Virus record (IMG/VR): IMGVR_UViG_3300027896_000041
Coordinates: 1-61,128 of that record
Direction: 5' to 3' (one strand)
Length of the DNA stretch: 61,128 nucleotides
DNA from: a virus
Lineage: Duplodnaviria > Caudoviricetes
Position numbers and translations under genes: made by a program. The notes below the pieces were generated by a model that was not told the DNA's origin, made no database searches, and was given only the letters and a program-made list of their open reading frames with translations. Shown piece by piece: positions 28,177 through 38,774 of the stretch. Position 1 is the stretch's first letter. Each line of letters starts with the position of its first letter.

Positions 28177-29077
28177 CTACTTCATTATTATAATAGTATC
28201 TGCTCTAATAACTGGAGGCGTAGAAGAGTAGTCAATTTGATCTATTGTCCAAGCAAACTGAATACCATCACCAGGAACAATTATTTTAAACTCTTCAACT
28301 GGTATATTTTTATACCCAGAAACAGTATCATTTAATCTCTGAAGGTTAACACCTTCCGTCACAATAATAACATAAGCAGAATCTTTAGTAACAATCTTAG
28401 CTAGATCCCCACTTTTACCGCCAACAGGTTCGCTGATACTTGCTACAGTACTATTAGTACTAAATGGATAATCAAAATTAGGAGAAGTTGTACCTGTTGG
28501 TTCACATCCTATAATAAGCAACGGAACTATAACTAAACAAATCGACCATATAAAATTTTTCATTATAAAATACCTTTAATTTGAATTATGGAGCAGCTTC
28601 AGTACTTGTTGTAGTAGGAGCAGATGAATCAACATGAATATTATTACCTGATCCATTAACATTAATCTGAGTACTGTCTCTTCCTGATGTCGCAGTTTGC
28701 TGATGACTACTACTATCAGAACTATTACCCCACCATCCCTGATTATCTCCAAGTTTATATGCACCATAAGTCATACCAGCATCAAGAACACCTAAACCAA
28801 GTTGCTGCCAGGGATGCTGCATAATAACATCCCAAGCTGCAGGATCCATAAGATCCATTCCAACCATTGCTCCGCCAGGTACTGCAGTGACCCTTATAGC
28901 ACTAGGAGCGGCACCCATTCTGAGCGAATTAATTGCTTGTTGATCACCAGATGCAATAATCCTTTGCTGAAGAACCTCATCTTTTGAATAAGAGTATCTT
29001 AGCATTGATGTGCATCCACTTGAAATAATCATCGATCCCAATATAGTAACTACAACTGCTGTTTTAAGTAATTTCAT
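28177..29077 (-). CDS. Two putative lipoproteins (28177-28563, 28586-29077)
   Basis: Signal peptides ending LIIGC and ISSGC. Confidence 0.65.
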
Positions 29078-29142
29078 AATACATCTCCCAATTGTTTAAT
29101 TTATTATTTATTCATTCTACAAACTAAAAAATTTCAAAAGAA

Positions 29143-30534
29143 TCATTTCAGATGTTTCTCTTCAACTTCCCATCCTTGTTCTTTATAAAACTTTTTTCTG
29201 TACTCTACACTAGAAAGGAGTTCATTACATCCGGTATCAACGATATCAAATACAACAGGCTGTTTCTTATTTGCTTTCGGTCGACATACTCTTCCAATTG
29301 CTTGTTCTATATTTGATATTCTGTTAGACATTATTAAGCAGTCAAGATCAACTCTATCAGTTCCATCTCTACTACTTCCAGGTGTACTGAATACAAATTT
29401 CTTCATCAAATCAGAAGCTTGTTTATCTCCACTTCGAGGAATGAAAAATCCTACATCATTTTGATTGGGGATTGCTTTAGCGCACATATCTAAAACTTTA
29501 ATTCTATCAGAAATCATTAAAGTTATTCTATCGGAATCATATATTTTTCGAATTATCTTTTTCATCATTGGAATGTATGCATCATTTTTCTTTGATGTTA
29601 ACATCTGAAGGTATCTAGCTGTATCAAATTTTGGATAACTTAATTTATACTTACCATCTTTAATAGGTATACCCCAATAAATATACTGTTTAGCACATGC
29701 AACTGCTTTATGATCAAAATATAAAATAATTATCTTAGGATGCATTGTTTCTGATTTACCATCAGGTTGGAATACTTGTCCAAGATGGTGCCATATTATA
29801 TCATGATTATGATCAGCTCTTCCTGGAGTTGCACTCAATCCAAATGTCTTTTTACATGGAGTAAACAAAGCAGATCTAGAAAATTTCTCAGCACCGGATG
29901 TTGTGTGACATTCATCCCATACTGCCATACCAAATCTAGCATCAAGAATTAATTTTTCAGCATCAGGTACTCTATCTATTATACTATTCATTGTCTGAAC
30001 AGTTGATAATACAATGGGTTTCTTTAATACGTCAAATCTATCTGCTGTACTTAAATGACCAATATCATCTTCAGTTGCAGTAGAATGTTCCATGAATCTT
30101 TCTTTCCATTGCCCAATTAGAGAATCTTTATGAGTAAAAATAATTACTTTCTTTTTTATGCTACAAACAGCACCAATAGTAATTACTGTTTTGCCTTCAC
30201 CAGGTTTTAGTTTCAACACCCCTCTGCTCTCATTCATCATAAATTGAAAACTTTGGTATTGAAGATCACTTCTCCATTTGGTTTTAAATTCAACTTTGAT
30301 ATCTTCGCCATCTGGAATATAATCAATCACTTTATGACCAAAGGATTCGACTGGATAGAACCTCGGTATCCAAAGATGACCATCTCGCCTTTCAAAATAG
30401 GTAGATGTCACCTTCACGGTTGGATCATCATATGATGCACCAGTCCGGGTCAAATCTTTGATTATTTCTTGGCACCAAGGTTCCGCTTCACATTGAAGAG
30501 GAATCCGGATGCATGAGGTTCTTATTAAATTCAT
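29143..30534 (-). CDS. SF2 DNA helicase (UvsW-like)
   Basis: PGEGKT, DECH, GLSATP.R.D, Q.IGR..R. Confidence 0.9.
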   Translation of the reverse strand: MNLIRTSCIRIPLQCEAEPWCQEIIKDLTRTGASYDDPTVKVTSTYFERRDGHLWIPRFYPVESFGHKVIDYIPDGEDIKVEFKTKWRSDLQYQSFQFMMNESRGVLKLKPGEGKTVITIGAVCSIKKKVIIFTHKDSLIGQWKERFMEHSTATEDDIGHLSTADRFDVLKKPIVLSTVQTMNSIIDRVPDAEKLILDARFGMAVWDECHTTSGAEKFSRSALFTPCKKTFGLSATPGRADHNHDIIWHHLGQVFQPDGKSETMHPKIIILYFDHKAVACAKQYIYWGIPIKDGKYKLSYPKFDTARYLQMLTSKKNDAYIPMMKKIIRKIYDSDRITLMISDRIKVLDMCAKAIPNQNDVGFFIPRSGDKQASDLMKKFVFSTPGSSRDGTDRVDLDCLIMSNRISNIEQAIGRVCRPKANKKQPVVFDIVDTGCNELLSSVEYRKKFYKEQGWEVEEKHLK

Positions 30535-30962
30535 ACTTTATCCAAATTAGGAGTCGGAATATATTCTGCATAACCAGTATCGGTTTCATGCAACCTAACT
30601 TTAAAACAGGAAGGGATCATACTATGAATATATTCATACATGTCCTTTGCCATATTTTCAGCGGTAGGATTATATCCAACAAGTTTAAAATTCCTATTAT
30701 ATTTCTTCAAACAATCAATATATTCCTTTGGCATCGTTGTTGGCATGACCAAGCAATGATCCCAAGAATCAATATACGACTTAATCTTATCTTTAATCAT
30801 AGTAAAATCAATTACCATTCCAGTAGCATCCAACTTAATAGATTCAAAGAACAATTCACAAATATAGCTATGCCCATGAATCTGGTCTGCGCAGGCGGTT
30901 GAATACGCCTCACTCAACTGATGAGCCATTTCGAATTTAAATTTCTTTCTAATTACGAACAT
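30531..30962 (-). CDS. queD: 6-carboxytetrahydropterin synthase
   Basis: FEMAHQL...C...HGHSY, GMVIDF, WDH, NPTAEN, LHET. Confidence 0.92.
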   Translation of the reverse strand: MFVIRKKFKFEMAHQLSEAYSTACADQIHGHSYICELFFESIKLDATGMVIDFTMIKDKIKSYIDSWDHCLVMPTTMPKEYIDCLKKYNRNFKLVGYNPTAENMAKDMYEYIHSMIPSCFKVRLHETDTGYAEYIPTPNLDKV

Positions 30963-31411
30963 ATTGGTTTCTCCTTCAACAAGAAATCTGCTTCGGTTAA
31001 TTTTCTTCCTGTAAATCCAATCTTCTTCATATAAGTATTCATTGCAGAAATATTTTCGAACTCCTTCATATCAGTACCTTGATGATAACGATATAAAGGA
31101 TTCCATTCATCTTGCTTCTTATTATGACGAAGACTATAAATAATCCATATATCAGCTTCAGAAGGATGAACCAAAGAAATGATTGCTACATATCTAGTGC
31201 TCTTTGATTTGCTTTCTAGAGGTGTCTCAAACTTTATCCAGTTATCAATCATCCAACCAAATTTGTCATTTGTCAGTTTTTCATTTTTTATCATTCCAAT
31301 TTGACAAACATCATCTTTGAAGTACTTGCACTGTTCATTTTTAGGACACACTTCAAACTCATTGAGTGCAATCTGTGTCCTATCTTTCAATACAAACAAA
31401 TAACAAAACAT
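30953..31411 (-). CDS. Hypothetical protein
   Basis: ORF between queD and the topoisomerase genes. Confidence 0.6.
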   Translation of the reverse strand: MFCYLFVLKDRTQIALNEFEVCPKNEQCKYFKDDVCQIGMIKNEKLTNDKFGWMIDNWIKFETPLESKSKSTRYVAIISLVHPSEADIWIIYSLRHNKKQDEWNPLYRYHQGTDMKEFENISAMNTYMKKIGFTGRKLTEADFLLKEKPICS

Positions 31412-31421
31412 TTTTATTCCC

Positions 31422-32732
31422 CTATACTAGATACGATGAATATTTATCATCCCAAACATACTTATTGATATTATTCAAATTCGTTTGGTGCTTTAATTTC
31501 TCTGCTTCCAGACCTTCAATATCAGTCTTCAATTTAAGTATTCTGCTAATGGTATACTTATCAAGCATTGCCTTAATATTTTCCACAGATATCTGAGTAT
31601 CTGTACAAATACCAGCAATAAGAAGATCAGGTTCATCTGGATGCAATTTTAACCATTTAGGCAACACAGCTTTAATCTTTGCCAACATTATCAATTCATC
31701 TATATCTTTTTGCACTCTTGCAATGTTATTTTTTAAAACAACATCAACAATCTGTAAATAATTTTTATAGACATTCAATAACATTTGATCAATAGATACA
31801 AGAACTACATTCCCTTCCATATCACACATATTGCATTCAAACGTAGTAGAACCAACAAGATGATAGTTAATCTTCTTATTCAATTGTTCAAGCGTTAAAG
31901 ACCTTTTCAGAGAAAGGAATCTGACTTTGGTTGAACTTGTGGATTCATCTATAAATCCAACAGTCTTTTGAATTTGAATTTCACTTTCAAGACTCTTCAG
32001 AATCTTCATCAAAGATTTACTAGGAGGCACTGATTTAACGATCACACTCTTATTGGTATAATCTATTTCAGATACGCCTCTGTACTCAATCTTTGCCTTA
32101 CCTGTCGTAAGCAACTCTTGAAAATCTTTATCCTTGCTAATATAACTACAATTTGTAAGAGGTCTGATAATTGGCTCTTTAGCTTCATAACCAAGTAACC
32201 ATTTCAGTCTCTTAACCAAATCCTTAATATTATATGAAGGAATAACTGTTCTGCTTCCAAAACCAATTCCTTGTGTATAATTCTTATTAATCAAACATAT
32301 AGGGAGTTTAGTAGGAATAAAAATTGGTTCTGCTTTCAGTTCCAATTCTTCTTGATTAACAAACTTTATATATTCAAAAGCTAAATCAAGTACGAATTTA
32401 CTACTTCTAACTTCAGTATACCTCATGGCGGCAGGTTCACAAGAAACAATACCACTATCACTTCCAAAATTTCCTTGACCTTTTACCAATCCACCATTAA
32501 CTAAAGCAACCAAAGAACCATAAGCGCTTTGGTCACCATGAGGATGATACTGTCCAATACACCACCCAACAACTTCAGCTGATTTAACATTGTTATCCTT
32601 TGCTCTTTCAAACAAAGAATATAACAGTCGTCTCTCGACTATCTTACAGCCATCGAGTACTGATGGGAATGCCCTAAATTTGTTAATGTATTTTCCATAA
32701 GTGGAGTATAGTTCAGATATTTGCTGTTTCAA
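31422..32732 (-). CDS. Type IIA topoisomerase subunit A (short, no C-terminal pinwheel)
   Basis: DGCK.VERR, YHPHGD, GQGNFG, AAMRYTE catalytic Tyr, GIGFG. Confidence 0.93.
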   Translation of the reverse strand: MKQQISELYSTYGKYINKFRAFPSVLDGCKIVERRLLYSLFERAKDNNVKSAEVVGWCIGQYHPHGDQSAYGSLVALVNGGLVKGQGNFGSDSGIVSCEPAAMRYTEVRSSKFVLDLAFEYIKFVNQEELELKAEPIFIPTKLPICLINKNYTQGIGFGSRTVIPSYNIKDLVKRLKWLLGYEAKEPIIRPLTNCSYISKDKDFQELLTTGKAKIEYRGVSEIDYTNKSVIVKSVPPSKSLMKILKSLESEIQIQKTVGFIDESTSSTKVRFLSLKRSLTLEQLNKKINYHLVGSTTFECNMCDMEGNVVLVSIDQMLLNVYKNYLQIVDVVLKNNIARVQKDIDELIMLAKIKAVLPKWLKLHPDEPDLLIAGICTDTQISVENIKAMLDKYTISRILKLKTDIEGLEAEKLKHQTNLNNINKYVWDDKYSSYLV

Positions 32733-32788
32733 AATAACATCCCCTTATTATTTTTAATTTATTCCAATCCATGATCTTCGTCATCTTT

Positions 32789-34630
32789 TTATTCTCCATC
32801 CTCGCCAATCAATCCTCTTTTCGATTCAGCATCCGTCATAATCTTCCAAATCTCTTCTGGATCATCTGGATACTCAATCTTTTCTAATCTCCTAGTTTCT
32901 TTATCTAGAAGACAAACTTTCAATTGGTCAGGATTCATTTCTCCGAGACCTTTATATCTCTGAACCTTTATATTTTCATTATCTTTCTTAAATGTCTCAA
33001 GTTCTTGATCATTATAAAATGGGTAGAACTTACCAGCTTTAATCGCGCCATAAAGCGGCATAATTGCTCTATAGACAGTCACACCGGGTTGGATTAACCC
33101 TGGCACCAACTTCAAAAATAAAACCATGAGGAGCGTCGTTATGTGAGCTCCATCAGCATCGGCATCAGTAGCAAAAACTACCTTACCATATCTGATATGT
33201 TCTAAATCAAAATTGGGTTCAATCCCTGTACCAAGAGCATTGCATATTTCTACCACTTCTTTATTTTTCAAGAAGTCTTTTTTACCACCTGCCATGTTAG
33301 GAATCTTTCCCTTCAAAGCTAAAATAGCATGATACTTTGTATTTCGACATTGTACCAAACCACCAGCAGCAGAAGATCCTTCAGTAATGAACAACTCACT
33401 CTGATCAACATTATGAGTAGTACAATCCTTTAACTTAGAATCAATCACCTGATTGAATCTAGAAACTTCTTTACCGCCTTTAATAATACTTTTATTAGTG
33501 GAGAGACTCTTTCTATAAGATTCAAAGAAAGACAAAAGTTGATTTTTCAACTCCTGGTTAGTTTCGAGAACTTGCTCTAACTTCTTATCCATTCCATTAA
33601 AAAGAGTATCTAATTTTGCTTTGGATGTTGAGAGTTTTTCCTTTGTCTGACTGGTATATTCTGGTGTATACAATGATATCATTGTAAATGCCCGAAATCC
33701 AACAAAGCAATCTTGTGGTTGAAAACTCAACTTCTCTTTCTTTGCATATTGTACAAATAAATCTCTAAATAAAGTATAAACCATATTGATGTGTGTTCCT
33801 TGATTAACACTCAATAGATTTACGCAACCATGCTGTTTTGCTGGAGATCCACCATTCATATCCCAAGCAAACTTTACAGTGATCTCTTCATCTTTAATCT
33901 TATTAGAGATAGAAAGCATGGGTGTGATATTTTTAGTTTCTCCATCCATAAGTACTTCATTAAAATATTTTACCATGTCGTAATGAATAACTTCCTTCTT
34001 ATCATCTTCCATCAATATCAATTTAAGATGCGGTATACTAACAGAAGCAATACGAAGTCTTTCTCGAACTGGAGTAATATCAAATTCCAATTTTTCAAAA
34101 TATTTTTTACCTGGTTTGAATGATACCTGAGTAGCAAATGGTCTCTTATCACTAGGAGAATCCACTGTACTTTTATTAACAAGTTTTGCATTCTCAAAAC
34201 GATAATTTACTTTCTTATCATCTCGATATACAATAAATTCAACCCAGTCAGAAAGTGCAGTTACAGCAACAAGTCCAATTCCATGTAAACCTGCTGCAAT
34301 ACCATAAGCTGCTCCTTCTTGTCCCTTTGAAAATTTACCACCACTAAACAACTTAGTAGCAATTGTATTAATAACGTCACCAGTGATAGGAATACCTCTA
34401 CCATTATCTGAAATAGTGCATATATGTTCCTTCTGATCGACAAATACCCCAATCAATGAAGCATGTTTTGCATTAGCTTCATCAAGCGAATTATCCAAAA
34501 CCTCAAACAACAAATGATTAGGTCTTTCTGTCTCGCCAATGTACATTCCTGGATTTTGCCTGATGTGCTGTAACTCCGACAGTACAGTAATGCTATTATG
34601 ATCATAAATTGGTTCTTTTTTATCTGTCAT
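32789..34630 (-). CDS. Type IIA topoisomerase subunit B (GHKL ATPase plus TOPRIM)
   Basis: EVLDNSLDE, DNGRGIP, GLHGIG, TEGSSA, DADADG.HI, RYKGLGEM. Confidence 0.95.
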   Translation of the reverse strand: MTDKKEPIYDHNSITVLSELQHIRQNPGMYIGETERPNHLLFEVLDNSLDEANAKHASLIGVFVDQKEHICTISDNGRGIPITGDVINTIATKLFSGGKFSKGQEGAAYGIAAGLHGIGLVAVTALSDWVEFIVYRDDKKVNYRFENAKLVNKSTVDSPSDKRPFATQVSFKPGKKYFEKLEFDITPVRERLRIASVSIPHLKLILMEDDKKEVIHYDMVKYFNEVLMDGETKNITPMLSISNKIKDEEITVKFAWDMNGGSPAKQHGCVNLLSVNQGTHINMVYTLFRDLFVQYAKKEKLSFQPQDCFVGFRAFTMISLYTPEYTSQTKEKLSTSKAKLDTLFNGMDKKLEQVLETNQELKNQLLSFFESYRKSLSTNKSIIKGGKEVSRFNQVIDSKLKDCTTHNVDQSELFITEGSSAAGGLVQCRNTKYHAILALKGKIPNMAGGKKDFLKNKEVVEICNALGTGIEPNFDLEHIRYGKVVFATDADADGAHITTLLMVLFLKLVPGLIQPGVTVYRAIMPLYGAIKAGKFYPFYNDQELETFKKDNENIKVQRYKGLGEMNPDQLKVCLLDKETRRLEKIEYPDDPEEIWKIMTDAESKRGLIGEDGE

Positions 34631-35661
34631 AAATTTCCTTTATTTTCTAATATAATATTATGAATTTCTTTTTCCGATGGAATCCTATCTTTAAATCTAT
34701 AAATTTTCCAACCAGCATTTCTAATTTTATTATCTCTTTCATTATCATGTTGCTGATCTTGATGCCAATAAGATCCATCATATTCTAAATCTATTTTCAA
34801 AGATGGTATAGCAATATCTAACAAAACATTTAATTCTGGTAATGGATAATTCAAAATAGTTTCTAAATTAAATTTTCTAACTGTATTAAAAAATTCCATC
34901 TGAGGCTGTGAACAATTTGTATTTCCACAAAGTGCTTTTATTGCTCCACCATTTAACATATATTGTCTTTGATTTTCTGCTAACTCTGGTCTTTCTTTAA
35001 AAATTCTTTTCTGAGTTTCCTGATTTTTCTTTCTGTTTTCCGGATCAAGATAATGTTTCTTCAATCCAGAAATAATTTTTTGAATAGCTTCTGGATTATC
35101 TTGTAAATGATGATTATTCCTATAACAATTTATACACCAATCAGCATCTATAGAATGTGTTTCTTTTCCACAATCTAGGCAAATTCCCTTTTTTCTACTT
35201 TTTATTTCATCTGGAAAATTATTTTCTGATCCATATTTATTGATATAATACTGATAACATATTGGAGAATAAGTTAATATATGATGTATTACTCTTTTAA
35301 ATTTTTTAGAACAGCATTCGCATACTTGATAATTATGTAACTTGGTAGCAGAATATATCCTAGTTGGAAAATCATCCTCTATTTTATACTTATTTATATA
35401 AAATTGATAACATGGTGTATTATTTTTCTTACCAGACATAAGATGCATCTGAAGTGCAAATTCTCGTTTAAATTCTTTAAAACAGCATTCGCATATTTTA
35501 AATTCAGGTTTCTTTATTTTCCAAGGAAAATCATTTTCAGTTTTATACTTTTCAATATAAAATTGAAAACAATCCTTATTAACTTCTCTATGATTAATAG
35601 ATAAATGATAATTTAAACCCTGAATACCTCTAAACTCTTTATTACATTTTTCACATTTCAT
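34627..35661 (-). CDS. Putative homing endonuclease (C2H2-like repeats plus DUF559-like nuclease)
   Basis: Three C..C...H...CY repeats; LDIAI...EYDGSYWH...D.ERD. Confidence 0.75.
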   Translation of the reverse strand: MKCEKCNKEFRGIQGLNYHLSINHREVNKDCFQFYIEKYKTENDFPWKIKKPEFKICECCFKEFKREFALQMHLMSGKKNNTPCYQFYINKYKIEDDFPTRIYSATKLHNYQVCECCSKKFKRVIHHILTYSPICYQYYINKYGSENNFPDEIKSRKKGICLDCGKETHSIDADWCINCYRNNHHLQDNPEAIQKIISGLKKHYLDPENRKKNQETQKRIFKERPELAENQRQYMLNGGAIKALCGNTNCSQPQMEFFNTVRKFNLETILNYPLPELNVLLDIAIPSLKIDLEYDGSYWHQDQQHDNERDNKIRNAGWKIYRFKDRIPSEKEIHNIILENKGNL

Positions 35662-35701
35662 ATAATTTATTCAGGATTAAAACTAACATGATCTAATTCA
35701 T

Positions 35702-36715
35702 TTAATGCGTCACTATCCCATCACTAAAGTATTTTGAAAATAATAAACATGTATGATTGCATCCTCTACATAGTGAATTATAATCATTTTTTATTGCGTC
35801 TCTTGCTGCAGGTAAAATCATTTTATCACTATCTGAAAATATTTCATTCAATTTTAATTTAGGAAATTCGACTCCTCTGATCCTCAAACACAACCGAAAT
35901 GTCCCATCACTATCCACAGTCACATTATGCAAGTCTTTATGTATTGCACATTTCATTTCACATGGAAGAATACCATATAACTTGATCAACATTTCAGGAA
36001 TATGAACCTTCAATGAAGAGTCGGACATAATATCCATAAATTGTTTGGCAACACCTTCATTTTTATGAACTAACAAATGTTCATCTTTGATTGTAGAAAA
36101 ATCATAATAATTACTTTTCTTCAGATCGATCGTTGTTATGCTACTATAGATATTATTCTCAGAAAGAATTTTTACAGTATCATATAAATAAGTATAATTT
36201 TGTGATGTTACAGTCATCTCAGCAACAACATCTTCTGCTATTCCTTGAGACTTTAGGAGACACAAATTCTTAAATCCAGCTATCGTTTTATCAATAGCAT
36301 GATCTTTTCTAGAACTGTATCCGCCATATAATTCCGGATCTACAGAGGCACTAAATCCTCTAATCTTACCAACGTCTTTATACAACTGTAAAATTTTTGG
36401 TTGAATCTCTTCTGTGTTATTTGATATTATAGTGTAATATACATTCCGTGCGTGACAGTGCTTAATAATATCAGTCAATCCATTATACAAAAAAGGTTCA
36501 CCGCCATAAAAAATTAAAAATACATTAGGGTTATTCAAAACGAGCTTGTCAATAATCTCAATCCACTTGGTGCTGGTCAATTCATTATCCCGATAATGTT
36601 TCATATTAGGATACAATTTTGGCATATCTTCATAATCACGAACGATAGAACAATAATCACACCGCAAATTACATCTTCTAGTCAACAAAATATTTGCTAT
36701 CTGAATTTTATCCAT
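35702..36715 (-). CDS. Radical SAM protein with C-terminal SPASM/twitch-like cysteines
   Basis: CNLRCDYC, YGGEP, C...VDSDG...LC...CRGC. Confidence 0.88.
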   Translation of the reverse strand: MDKIQIANILLTRRCNLRCDYCSIVRDYEDMPKLYPNMKHYRDNELTSTKWIEIIDKLVLNNPNVFLIFYGGEPFLYNGLTDIIKHCHARNVYYTIISNNTEEIQPKILQLYKDVGKIRGFSASVDPELYGGYSSRKDHAIDKTIAGFKNLCLLKSQGIAEDVVAEMTVTSQNYTYLYDTVKILSENNIYSSITTIDLKKSNYYDFSTIKDEHLLVHKNEGVAKQFMDIMSDSSLKVHIPEMLIKLYGILPCEMKCAIHKDLHNVTVDSDGTFRLCLRIRGVEFPKLKLNEIFSDSDKMILPAARDAIKNDYNSLCRGCNHTCLLFSKYFSDGIVTH

Positions 36716-36731
36716 AGTTTTTCCTTGAATG

Positions 36732-36771
36732 AAAAACCCGCCTTTATACCGTTTAAAGTATAAAGGCGGGT
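36732..36771 (-). terminator. Rho-independent terminator, possibly bidirectional
   Basis: 13-bp CCCGCCTTTATAC/GTATAAAGGCGGG stem with T tracts on both sides. Confidence 0.85.
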
Positions 36772-36790
36772 AATTTTTATTTAATTAGAT

Positions 36791-37663
36791 TTAAATTCCG
36801 AGATCGAAATTAGAATCATTTGCAACATCAACTGCCGCTGTCTGCGTTTTTGCAGAACCGGGCGATTCAAATGGAACTGATCCACTATTATCAGATGCAG
36901 GTTTTCCTGTACCAGCTCCCTTAACACTAGATGTTCTATCAAACTGCTTTTCAAATTCAGATTGCATTGATACCGCAGAATTCATTACCTGTTCAACCGC
37001 CTTATCAGGAAGTTGAATTTCAGGGGTAAATGAAAAGACCTGCTTATCACCGAAATCAGACTTAGCAAGAACAACTTCAGCATAAGAAATAAACCTTCTG
37101 GGCATAACCACGAGTCTTTCGAATTCAGGTTTATCACTCAGAGGAGGTAAATTCTTCGCCTTTTCAGAGATCGCCTTAATGAACTCAGATGCGCCATTAA
37201 ATCTCATTCCTGCGCACTTAAAGAAAATCATTATAGGATCACCCTGCTTAATTTTAGCATCGGGAATATCTTTAGGATGAGTCAATGCTTTCTTAGTTTT
37301 AGGATCAAGAGCAACACCAGCAATAACATATGCATACTTACAAGTGTCATCAAGCTTCTTTACATCATCATCCCAACCAAAAGCAACCAGAGTATTAAAA
37401 TCCTTACCATCCCTACCCTTTGCTGCAACATATTTTTCCCAGAAACGTTTTGTAAAATACGGGATAAAATAAACTTTTGATTCATTATTTATCAAATACG
37501 TACCACTATCAATCGAAGGCATACACTGCAATTTACCAAACTCTTGACCTTCACGAGCTGCTCCTGTAATAAATACAGAAAAGAACTTGCCTGGTTCGCG
37601 TTTAGCTGATGCAGAACTTACCTTTGCTAGATCACCATAATTATCAGAATTTAACAATGCCAT
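36791..37663 (-). CDS. Probable single-stranded DNA-binding protein
   Basis: Flexible Gly/Ser/Ala linker and acidic-aromatic tail (NDSNFDLGI); strong AAGGAG RBS and own terminator; function inferred. Confidence 0.45.
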   Translation of the reverse strand: MALLNSDNYGDLAKVSSASAKREPGKFFSVFITGAAREGQEFGKLQCMPSIDSGTYLINNESKVYFIPYFTKRFWEKYVAAKGRDGKDFNTLVAFGWDDDVKKLDDTCKYAYVIAGVALDPKTKKALTHPKDIPDAKIKQGDPIMIFFKCAGMRFNGASEFIKAISEKAKNLPPLSDKPEFERLVVMPRRFISYAEVVLAKSDFGDKQVFSFTPEIQLPDKAVEQVMNSAVSMQSEFEKQFDRTSSVKGAGTGKPASDNSGSVPFESPGSAKTQTAAVDVANDSNFDLGI

Positions 37664-37887
37664 AACTCTCTCCTTATACAAAAATCTTTGAATAAAAAAT
37701 GTATTAAAACTCCCACTGCCTATTATTATTTATCTTACCATAATCAGGTAAAAGTGATTATGGCAAGATTATATTACGAAATATTTTAGAATATTATAAC
37801 TCTATATCATAAATAAATATATATAGAAGTATCAACCTATTTTAACTGGAGCAACCATTGGCGCAGGCACCTGAACTGGGACTCCTA

Positions 37888-38768
37888 CTACTGGGGCTTG
37901 TTCATTTTCGACACATCTACCTTAGTTCCTTCAAAAGATACCAGATTCTTAGCATCAAAATCTATAATAATATTTGCTGCCTTTGATCTCATAATCATAT
38001 TTGAAAGTGCCTTGATCTGGGGCGTTACAGGTACTTCTATTCTGAGTTCTGTATTATCCTTAAACTTAAAGAACATACCATCACTAGTATCCTGCAATTG
38101 AAAAAATGAATCATTACCAACTTCTATCTTCAGAGGACCTTTCTTAATCGTAACCATTGTACTATCTCCTATTTGTTTCTGATTAGTTGTGTTGATATTA
38201 CTCCTGGCAAATCAGATAATACCAGTATTGTCAGAGTCTTAACTCCTTCTACAGACGAACAATTATCAAAATGAAATTTAAGATATGGATTAACATCATC
38301 TGTATTTATTATTTTATTCTTGATTTCAAAATAATGTGCAGTAAACAAATCATTCATTCGTTGCTTATCCGCTAAAGTATTCAAATCAATCAAAGGCAAA
38401 CAAAACGATAAACTATCGATCCATTCATGCCTAATTATATATTTAACAAAATCAGAAACTTCATCTAGTTTCTGCTCTACTAAACCAGTTCTAAGAATAT
38501 ATTCTTTTACAAAACCGAAATTATATTCAAAATCAAGTTTATCTAATAATCGTTTTATATAACTTTGAAATTCATCTATAGGAAGTTGTGATTTAATATC
38601 TTCAAAATGCAAATCAAACTCTATTTTTGAATACCTAGTTCCTATTGATTCTAATACAGAATCTTTTAAAAACATTAGATTCTGATTAACCATTAATTGA
38701 TCTTGTTCAATATCTACTTCATCATACGGAGAAATAACCTCTGACAATCTTTGATCTAAACTCTTCAT
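37888..38768 (-). CDS. Two hypothetical genes (37888-38157, 38169-38768)
   Basis: ORFs downstream of the RNAP operon. Confidence 0.6.
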
Positions 38769-38774
38769 ATTTTT

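Noticed and set aside
31422-34630. Calling the topoisomerase a DNA gyrase (gyrA/gyrB)
   Set aside because: The A subunit is only 436 aa with no GyrA-box/CTD, so supercoiling activity is unsupported
35702-36715. Calling the radical SAM gene queE
   Set aside because: It lacks the QueE N-terminal signature, is longer, and has extra C-terminal cysteines
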